Virus record (IMG/VR): IMGVR_UViG_3300044971_001316
Coordinates: 1-27,176 of that record
Length of the DNA stretch: 27,176 bases
Source: a virus
Lineage: Duplodnaviria; Caudoviricetes
Strand: one strand, 5' to 3'
The notes under the pieces were generated by a model that saw only the letters and a program-made list of their open reading frames with translations, did not search any database and was not told where the DNA came from. Below, one piece after another: positions 15,652 to 22,424 of this stretch (positions within the stretch are counted from its first letter, which is position 1; each line of letters begins with the position of its first letter). The position numbers and the translations under genes are program-made.

Positions 15652-15653
15652 CT

Positions 15654-16277
15654 TCACGCCACCCCCGTCGTCAGGACGGCCAAAGCGTGGTTGATGTGCT
15701 TCTTGCGATCCTCCAGACCGATCGTGCCGCCGTTGATCCTCTTAGTCAGGCCGGTCCAGTCCCCTGCCTCGGCCAGGGCGTTGAGCCTTTGGGTGTCCCA
15801 GAACCATCCGGCGGTGAGCGCAGCATACTGGGGCGTGGCCACCAGATCGGGCTCCATGATGAAGTCCACACCGAGGGCCTTGCTTGCGTGGTGGTAGTTC
15901 GCCGCGCCGGTCAATTGCAAGATTCCGCGACCGCGAAAACGGAAGCCATCGCCCGACGCCTCATCGCGGTTGTTCATGCGGTTGCCGTAGATGCGGTTGG
16001 CGATCTTCTTGGGCTGGCGCTCGTACTCGGCCGCATCCTCGGGCGTGAAGCCCCAGGCGCGACGGGGCGTGCGCGGGAAGAGCTTGAGCAGTGTTGCCGC
16101 CCGATAGTTCAGGTTCTCCTCCAGCACGCAAAAGTTGGCGCTCTCGTGCGCGCACTGGCCAATGAACGCCGCCTTCTGCCTGGTGGTGCTGATGCCAAAC
16201 CGGGCGAAGGTTTCGTTGAGCGGGTCGACCCACTGCGCAGAGATGTGGAGTTGCGATAGTTGTTCAGCGTTGAGCAT
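15654..16277 (-). CDS. Endolysin, glycoside hydrolase family 19 (chitinase-like), 207 aa
   Basis: AAFIGQCAHES, EENLNY, GDGFRFRGRGILQLTG..NY, WFW and TKRINGG..GL.DR motifs; adjacent to spanins. Confidence 0.93.
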   Translation of the reverse strand: MLNAEQLSQLHISAQWVDPLNETFARFGISTTRQKAAFIGQCAHESANFCVLEENLNYRAATLLKLFPRTPRRAWGFTPEDAAEYERQPKKIANRIYGNRMNNRDEASGDGFRFRGRGILQLTGAANYHHASKALGVDFIMEPDLVATPQYAALTAGWFWDTQRLNALAEAGDWTGLTKRINGGTIGLEDRKKHINHALAVLTTGVA

Positions 16278-16794
16278 TGATGGTGGTCCTCATCTCTTCG
16301 TATGCCGCGATGCACGAGTTCAGTTGATTGATGGCCCGGTCTCCGTCGGCTGCAATCTTCGCAATCAGCTCTAAGGTTTCGCGCTCGGACTCGCTGGGGC
16401 CGGGTTCACTGGCACCAGAATCTGCGTCAGGCGCTGGGTTAGGTTCGCCTCTCGCTTCGTGCCGATCTCGGGGGGCAGTGGCGGGATATGCGGTGGCTTG
16501 TACGCAACTGGGGGCTGGGAGGCGCACCCTGCCAGCACGAATGGCAGCAGTGAGATCAGTTTGCTTTTTGTCGATGACATCGTTGGCCCTTCTCAGTTCA
16601 GTTTCTTTGGCTTGCACCACCTCGGCCAGCTTTTGCTCGGTCTGCCTGGCCTCTTCGTTCTTCTGCGCGATCGCTGCCTGCATGTCGGCGTCACGGTCGT
16701 ACCAACCATTGTGATACCCGTAGCGATAGATGCCGAACCCGGCGAGCGCAGCAGCCAGCAGCGCCCAGGGCAGCCATGAGACCCTCAACATCAC
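16264..16794 (-). CDS. Rz-like inner-membrane spanin, 176 aa
   Basis: N-terminal TM helix, coiled coil, IRAGRVRL, C-terminal GDRAINQLNSCIAAY; contains an embedded lipoprotein ORF. Confidence 0.85.
   Translation of the reverse strand: MMLRVSWLPWALLAAALAGFGIYRYGYHNGWYDRDADMQAAIAQKNEEARQTEQKLAEVVQAKETELRRANDVIDKKQTDLTAAIRAGRVRLPAPSCVQATAYPATAPRDRHEARGEPNPAPDADSGASEPGPSESERETLELIAKIAADGDRAINQLNSCIAAYEEMRTTINAQR
16371..16580 (-). CDS. Rz1-like outer-membrane spanin lipoprotein embedded in Rz, 69 aa
   Basis: Lipoprotein signal with lipobox LAG-C, Pro-rich mature part, fully nested in the +1 frame of Rz. Confidence 0.82.
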   Translation of the reverse strand: MSSTKSKLISLLPFVLAGCASQPPVAYKPPHIPPLPPEIGTKREANLTQRLTQILVPVNPAPASPSAKP

Positions 16795-17345
16795 AAGACC
16801 TCCCTGCGGGCCGCAGCGATCTCGGCACGCTCGTCATCAGGCTCTTGGTGCTCGGGCGGCGTGGTGGGCGGTGGGCCTGGCGTCCAGCTCTCGTCCAACT
16901 CGGGGTTCTTGTAGCCCATCCAGTTGAAGTCAGGCATCGCGCTGGCCGTCTGCTGCGGCGGGTAGTGCTGCGGATACATCGGCGCGCCGTATCCACCGTA
17001 TGGGGGCGACGGTGGGCACGGAGATCCGTAGGGGCTGGTCGGGGGCATGGGTCGAGACATGGTCTTGGCGGCCGTGCCGATGGCGCGCTTGCCGATCACC
17101 CCGCCAATGCCGCCCACGATGAGCAGCACGATGTCGTTGAGCATCTTCGTGTAGGCCTGGTCGATGGGGGCCATCGACTTAATCGGCTGCGTCACGAACG
17201 TCACCGAATACAGGATCGCAGCAACGATGAACGCAAGGATCAGCGTCACGACGATGACAACGAAGCCCCAGATGCGGACCTCAATGTCGTCAGCGGTCAG
17301 CGGCGGCTGCTTTGGGTGTCTCTTGAACAGTAGGTTGAACGGCAT
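16791..17345 (-). CDS. Two-TM membrane protein, holin candidate, 184 aa
   Basis: Two hydrophobic helices (IWGFVVIVVTLILAFIVAAILY; IVLLIVGGIGGVIG) and a Pro-rich tail, directly upstream of the spanin and endolysin genes. Confidence 0.7.
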   Translation of the reverse strand: MPFNLLFKRHPKQPPLTADDIEVRIWGFVVIVVTLILAFIVAAILYSVTFVTQPIKSMAPIDQAYTKMLNDIVLLIVGGIGGVIGKRAIGTAAKTMSRPMPPTSPYGSPCPPSPPYGGYGAPMYPQHYPPQQTASAMPDFNWMGYKNPELDESWTPGPPPTTPPEHQEPDDERAEIAAARREVL

Positions 17346-17517
17346 TGATTTGCTTCTCCAGGATTGGCGCGACCAAGTACTCGGGGCAGGTCTGCGTGAA
17401 CTGGCACTTAGGCTTCACGCACTGCTCCTTGTGAAAGTTTTCGGGGTTCTGGCAGAAGTACCGGTACTGGTCTTGGCAACCAGTCAAGAGCCCAGCGACA
17501 AGAATCAGTTTCCACAT
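17290..17517 (-). CDS. Small Cys-rich lipoprotein, 75 aa
   Basis: MWKLILVAGLLTG-C lipobox plus four more Cys (YFC..QC..KC..TCP); overlaps both neighbours. Confidence 0.75.
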   Translation of the reverse strand: MWKLILVAGLLTGCQDQYRYFCQNPENFHKEQCVKPKCQFTQTCPEYLVAPILEKQINAVQPTVQETPKAAAADR

Positions 17518-17999
17518 TTAAACTCCCGGCAGTACAGCAAAATCTCGACACCGATCCAAAGCATCACGGCAAGAACAAGAGAGGCCAATGAGAGAGCAAT
17601 CCACAGCTCAAGGTCTTCCTTGCGCTTCTTGCGGGCTTGGATGGCAGCATCGGCGGCACGGCGTTTTGCGGCCTTGTCGTCAGCATCCATTTGCTTCCTG
17701 CGAGCAACGATCTTGTTCCAAACGTCCATGTTGTTTGGAAAGAAAAGACCTTTGACCTCTTCCTCAAACTGACGGGCGCTCTCAATGGCCAGCTCTAACT
17801 CAATGGCCTTGCCCATGTTTGAGCCTTTGAAGCCACCCTTGTTAACCTCTTCAAGCACCTTGACCGCATCGGCCTTGGCGTCGAAATACTTGCCAAGCAC
17901 GGGGCCGAGACTGCGCACATCGTCGACAGTGCTGACGGCCTTCTTGACTAAGTTGACGGCTGTAGTGACTGCCGCAAGGGCTGTGAACGGATCAAGCAT
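17505..17999 (-). CDS. Hypothetical membrane-anchored helical protein, 164 aa
   Basis: MLDPFTALAAVTTAV N-terminus, charged coiled coil, C-terminal TM helix. Confidence 0.8.
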   Translation of the reverse strand: MLDPFTALAAVTTAVNLVKKAVSTVDDVRSLGPVLGKYFDAKADAVKVLEEVNKGGFKGSNMGKAIELELAIESARQFEEEVKGLFFPNNMDVWNKIVARRKQMDADDKAAKRRAADAAIQARKKRKEDLELWIALSLASLVLAVMLWIGVEILLYCREFKCGN

Positions 18000-18005
18000 A
18001 AGCTG

Positions 18006-18320
18006 TCACTTTCTTTCCAATCTGGTGTTGATGACAGCGATCGCCTGCCGGTTGTACTGAATGTCGTCCCTGTTCTTTTGTATCTCAGCCGACAGGTCTT
18101 GACGCAGCCGTTCTCGGGCCAATTCAGCACCCGTGTTAGTCGCTTGTTTGTTGTCGCTGGTGACGACAAGACTGATCTTGCTGTTGAGCACAGTGACCTC
18201 ATGGCTCAGGCTTGACAGAGCGGACATCAGGTACACCACGCACGAAAACAGCAGTGGAAGAATTGCGAACGTGATCTTCTCAATCAACGCGCCTTTTGCA
18301 GAGTCTTTTTCATCAGCCAT
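18006..18320 (-). CDS. Hypothetical protein with one TM helix and a coiled coil, 104 aa
   Basis: ITFAILPLLFSCVVYLM TM segment followed by heptad-like sequence; in the lysis cluster. Confidence 0.78.
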   Translation of the reverse strand: MADEKDSAKGALIEKITFAILPLLFSCVVYLMSALSSLSHEVTVLNSKISLVVTSDNKQATNTGAELARERLRQDLSAEIQKNRDDIQYNRQAIAVINTRLERK

Positions 18321-18408
18321 ACAGAACTACGATAAAAACATGAACGCACCACACGACCAACCCCACAACGGCGATGGCAGCGAGAAGCGAGATGACCCAG
18401 TCTTTCAT
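18313..18408 (-). CDS. 31-aa single-TM microprotein MKDWVISLLAAIAVVGLVVWCVHVFIVVLYG (below ORF-track cutoff)
   Basis: Starts in an ATGA overlap with the upstream stop and ends overlapping the next ATG (ATGGCTGA), exactly filling the gap; entirely hydrophobic. Confidence 0.7.
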   Translation of the reverse strand: MKDWVISLLAAIAVVGLVVWCVHVFIVVLYG

Positions 18409-18602
18409 TTAGCCAGGATCTGAAAAAGCATCATGATGATTGAGCCAAACCCGGCGATGACCACGCCAGCGGCGGCGATCATCAGTCCTTCAATGCGCTT
18501 TAGCCGCGCATTGCTGGAGCGGAACTGCACCTCAATGCCTGCGTACCTTTGGGCGCAAACGGCCTCGTGTGTGTTGAGTTGTGCTTCGACTGCGGATACC
18601 AC
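18405..18602 (-). CDS. Small membrane protein, 65 aa (coiled coil plus C-terminal TM)
   Basis: GTG start after AAAGG; THEAVCAQRY..LKRIE then a TM helix, a common phage lysis-region type. Confidence 0.72.
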   Translation of the reverse strand: MVSAVEAQLNTHEAVCAQRYAGIEVQFRSSNARLKRIEGLMIAAAGVVIAGFGSIIMMLFQILAK

Positions 18603-18615
18603 TTGCAGGCCTTTC

Positions 18616-18984
18616 TCACTTCAGGAAGTGCAGTTTGAAAATTGTTCGATCGTAGAGCGCAACGATCTCGTCGATGATGTTGTGGAGGTGCGTCTCCTCC
18701 TTGTCGACCGCCTTGAAGCGGTTTGCCTTAATCCACTTGAGCTGCGCCTGCATCGACTCCTTGATCTCGCCGGGGAACTCGTTGTCCAGCAAAGGGATGT
18801 CGATCAGCGTCAGCTTGCAACCCTGGTAGGTCTCGGCCAGCGTGTCGGCCAGATCCACAACGGCCGGGTAGAACTCGCCAAGCGCTTCGTGCCTAGCAAA
18901 GCTGCCAGGGCCGGTGGTGCGCAGGTGCGCCCGGTGCGCCAAGTCTCTGGCGAGGAATAGGACTGCGATGAATTGGCCGATCAT
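18616..18984 (-). CDS. Ferritin/Dps-like four-helix protein (DUF5856-like), 122 aa
   Basis: AHRAHL..FARHEALGEFY..DLADTLAETYQG..HNIIDEI..KL pattern of His/Asp/Glu ligands; SD TAGGA. Confidence 0.72.
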   Translation of the reverse strand: MIGQFIAVLFLARDLAHRAHLRTTGPGSFARHEALGEFYPAVVDLADTLAETYQGCKLTLIDIPLLDNEFPGEIKESMQAQLKWIKANRFKAVDKEETHLHNIIDEIVALYDRTIFKLHFLK

Positions 18985-18998
18985 GGGGTGTTCCTACA

Positions 18999-19009
18999 GC
19001 ATTGTGATA
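18999..19009 (-). promoter_or_regulatory. Repeated intergenic motif TATCACAATGC (copy 2)
   Basis: Identical to 15641-15651; lies in the 26-nt gap upstream of the Dps-like gene and lysis cassette. Confidence 0.4.
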
Positions 19010-19010
19010 G

Positions 19011-19544
19011 TCAGGCCCAAGTCGCGTCGGGGCGTACAGGCCACTCAGTGACGGTGGCCGGTGGGTCGATCGCAATCGCACGCAGCGCCAGGCGGTATGT
19101 GTCGAAGTCGGCCGTATTGGTCAGGTGCGGCGTGACGGCAGCATTGCGCACGCTCGCGTTCTCGGACCAGTCCGTGGCCAGCAGCTCCTGCTTGGCGCGA
19201 GCTGCGTTGGCGGCCTTGAACTCAGCGTCCTTCATGGCGACGTAGGCGGCCTCGTGCTCGGCTGCCGTGGTGGTCACACCATCAACTGTAGTGTCTGTGA
19301 AGACAGGCCCAAGCACATACTTGGTGTACCACTTGCCATCAATCTGCTCCACACCATCGGCTTGTGAGAATTGATACACCGTGCCGCCTGTGGCTTGTGG
19401 GCCTTCAAAGACCACATCAGCGCCCAAGCTGTCGAGGATTTCTTCTGTTGTCACGCCCCATGTAGGGCCATCGTTGGCTTGCTGGTATGCACGAAACTCT
19501 GCCTCGTACATCACTGCGCCTGTTGCTCTTACTCGTACTTGCAT
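19011..19544 (-). CDS. Tail-fibre assembly/chaperone-like protein, 177 aa
   Basis: SD TAGGAG; C-terminal RAKQELLATDW..YRLALRAI..WPVRP pattern; located directly after tail genes. Confidence 0.72.
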   Translation of the reverse strand: MQVRVRATGAVMYEAEFRAYQQANDGPTWGVTTEEILDSLGADVVFEGPQATGGTVYQFSQADGVEQIDGKWYTKYVLGPVFTDTTVDGVTTTAAEHEAAYVAMKDAEFKAANAARAKQELLATDWSENASVRNAAVTPHLTNTADFDTYRLALRAIAIDPPATVTEWPVRPDATWA

Positions 19545-19556
19545 TGATTACTCCTA

Positions 19557-22421
19557 TCAGGCTATTGCCAAAAATATGTAGGTTGCTGCGTTGACGTTCA
19601 CGTTGGTAGCAGCCACTTGGTTGACAACAAAGCCTGTGCTGTCAGTGTCGATGGTGTCGTTGCTTGTCACTTCAGCAGCAGTGGTGTTGAGGCTAAGGTG
19701 TGGATCATTACCAGCCACAATGCCTCGCGCTGTGTCCCATACGTACCAATCACCAGTGCTGTCAGTGCGTTTGATCATTACGAACCTAGCGCCACCAGTG
19801 AAGCCGCAGTTGATGGTTTGACTGCTACCGTTGCCTGTGTAGTTACCAACCTTGCTCACGCCGGGACAGGAGGCAAAGAGGTATGCAACGTAGGTTGAAC
19901 CATTGGCATTTACCATTGAATTTGATCCAACAGAAAACACAGACGCTGTTGGAGATGTGTTGTTCCAAACCACACTTTGAACAATAAGTGTTCCAGTTGT
20001 GTTTAACCGCAAAGAGCCTGTGTTACCAGTTGCGGCAGTATAAACACCCCAATCTTCAACGCCACTTCGCATTTTTACAATCATTATCTCAGGCACAGCT
20101 CCTAAGTTATGCGCTACGGTCCTGTTAGCCCCCGTCCCCGTATAGCAAACCTCATCAAAGAAGCCGGGGGCGCGTTGGAAAACCCAGTTAACATAAGTTG
20201 TATCGCTGTTGTTAATTGCAGTATTAAATTGATCTGCGCCAAGCGAATAACTGTTATTATTAAATGCTGTAATAGAGTTGTTGCTTGTTGGAGATGAGTT
20301 ATCAGTTTCCGAGCTTGTAAAAGCACTTGCTAAATATCTGTTTATACCCCTTAATCTGTCATACCAACCAGTACTATTAGTAGTACTTCTTGCTTTTGAG
20401 ACAACAAGGTCTGGTCTAGCAGTAAGTCCAGAAACTGTTGCAATAGCGGCTGTTCCTGATCTAGTAACAAGATTCAATACACTCGTCCCCGTTGTCGGCA
20501 CTTTCATCGGGCCACGGCGTATGGCTACGTAAAAGTAGGTGCCATTGTTTGGCATCACCTCACCAACACCAGAGAAGCCTGTTGCTGTTGGATAGCCCCC
20601 GGTAGTTACAGTATCAGTAGTTGGGTTTGTTAAAGCGTTATCGTTGACTGTAAGTTGTATATCAGCGTTAGTTGTTTGTGTATTGTTCCATCTACGAAAC
20701 GTATCCAACATACGCCAGTCTGTGCCGACACTGGAGCCCTTGATCAATAAAAACTGCGGCTCCCATCCCAAGGTGACGCTGTAGTTACCAGATCCATCGG
20801 TTGTAAGCGATCCGCACTGAATGACACTATCGATTGCTGTGTCATGAGCGAACACATAAGCCACATAACTCGCGCCCGTAGAGTTTGTGAGGGCGTTCCT
20901 GACAGAAAAATTTGACGGCGAAACAGCGGGTACGTTTGTATTTATCGGATCAGTATCAGTGGCGTTACTGTTAATCGCTATAGAACCGTTGAGGCTTCTA
21001 TGCCACACCAGCCCAGCCCCTGTGCCATCCAATCGTTTGATGATGATCATTCCCGGCGCAACGCCTAGCGAATGAGATATGACGTTACTTGCTGGAGCCG
21101 TCCAAGTAATAGCATCTGTTGAGGTTGCAGCATCTTGAGCGCCAAGAACAAACTTAGTGCCATCCCACGTAATGGCATTGATCTGGGCATTAAGAATTAC
21201 AGTTCTTAACTGTGCTCGCGCTGTCCAAGTAATGCCATCAGTTGATGTAGCAAGATATGATTCATTGGCCCCTACCACAAACTGTGATCCGTTGTGAATA
21301 ATGGACTCACATTGCCTTGAACTTACGGCTGTAGCCAGTGAAGCTCTAAGTGTCCATGTGCCAGTGTCAGGAGAAGTAGCGCACGAACCGTTGCCACCTA
21401 CTGCTACATAAAGCCCCGCAGCAAAGCTAAGGGCTTTGACTTGGTTTTGATTAACCGCCCTCATTTGAGTTGATCGGCTTGTCCAGTTGCTTCCACCGTT
21501 GGTGGATATAGCACAATATCCCGATGCGCCAGCACACAAAATAGTACCTCCATTGGACACTATGGCGAACATGTCACTGGAAGAAACTTGCGCAGCTAAA
21601 GTGGTGATATTTGTCCAAGTAAAACCACTACCTGATATAGCGCATATACCACTACTACCTACGGCTACAAAAACACCATGAGTGGAGTTCCATGTAACTG
21701 CATTGCAGGTTGTATAACTCGTTTGGACCGCGAGACTGACCCTGTTGGTCCATGTAATTCCATCTGGTGAAGTCACACATGAACCACTATCGCCAACCAC
21801 ACAAAATACACTACCGTTCCAAGCAATTGCTTGAGGGCTACCGTTTGTCCAAGCTGTTGCAAATGATGGCCTCTCGGTCCATGTGATTCCATCCGTTGAC
21901 GTAGCACAAATCTCTGCACCGCTATAACCAACAGCCACATAGATTGAGCCATTCCATATCATGTCTGCTGGTGTTGTTCTAAGAACATTCGACAGACTTG
22001 TTCCTGCTCCGGTGTACGTCACGACATCAAAGAACTTTGGCTGCTTTCTAAAAGTCCAAGCTGCGTAGGTGGCATTATTTGTATTGATGGTAGACAACGA
22101 CCCGATATTGAATCCCGTGGATGAAAAAGAAGTCACCCCCGTTGCTTGTGTTGTTTGAGCTGTTGTTTTATTAATTGCTAAATCGAAAGTTGCCCCGCGA
22201 GCAGTATCGTATAAGGCATGATTTGTAGCTGCGCTTCTGCTTTTAATCCAAACCAAACCACCCTTGCCCGCCAGATCAATTCCGTTGGTGATCGTCTGCG
22301 TAGAGCCATTGCCTGTGTACAACCAAGTGCTAAATACGTCTTCGATGTAGGTAGGACCAGCAGCCGCACCACCGCCAAAAGCGTCATACGATGCTGCCCC
22401 TGATGTTGCTTGTAATGGCAT
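19557..22421 (-). CDS. Tail/virion structural protein, 954 aa, with repeated YTGNG..G..P..(V/I)IK..W..YD..RG modules and an inserted propeller
   Basis: Several YTG(N/T)G-type repeats plus seven (A/V)TSxDGxTW-type repeats; follows the tail fibre; visibly lower GC than its flanks. Confidence 0.85.
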   Translation of the reverse strand: MPLQATSGAASYDAFGGGAAAGPTYIEDVFSTWLYTGNGSTQTITNGIDLAGKGGLVWIKSRSAATNHALYDTARGATFDLAINKTTAQTTQATGVTSFSSTGFNIGSLSTINTNNATYAAWTFRKQPKFFDVVTYTGAGTSLSNVLRTTPADMIWNGSIYVAVGYSGAEICATSTDGITWTERPSFATAWTNGSPQAIAWNGSVFCVVGDSGSCVTSPDGITWTNRVSLAVQTSYTTCNAVTWNSTHGVFVAVGSSGICAISGSGFTWTNITTLAAQVSSSDMFAIVSNGGTILCAGASGYCAISTNGGSNWTSRSTQMRAVNQNQVKALSFAAGLYVAVGGNGSCATSPDTGTWTLRASLATAVSSRQCESIIHNGSQFVVGANESYLATSTDGITWTARAQLRTVILNAQINAITWDGTKFVLGAQDAATSTDAITWTAPASNVISHSLGVAPGMIIIKRLDGTGAGLVWHRSLNGSIAINSNATDTDPINTNVPAVSPSNFSVRNALTNSTGASYVAYVFAHDTAIDSVIQCGSLTTDGSGNYSVTLGWEPQFLLIKGSSVGTDWRMLDTFRRWNNTQTTNADIQLTVNDNALTNPTTDTVTTGGYPTATGFSGVGEVMPNNGTYFYVAIRRGPMKVPTTGTSVLNLVTRSGTAAIATVSGLTARPDLVVSKARSTTNSTGWYDRLRGINRYLASAFTSSETDNSSPTSNNSITAFNNNSYSLGADQFNTAINNSDTTYVNWVFQRAPGFFDEVCYTGTGANRTVAHNLGAVPEIMIVKMRSGVEDWGVYTAATGNTGSLRLNTTGTLIVQSVVWNNTSPTASVFSVGSNSMVNANGSTYVAYLFASCPGVSKVGNYTGNGSSQTINCGFTGGARFVMIKRTDSTGDWYVWDTARGIVAGNDPHLSLNTTAAEVTSNDTIDTDSTGFVVNQVAATNVNVNAATYIFLAIA

Positions 22422-22424
22422 AGA

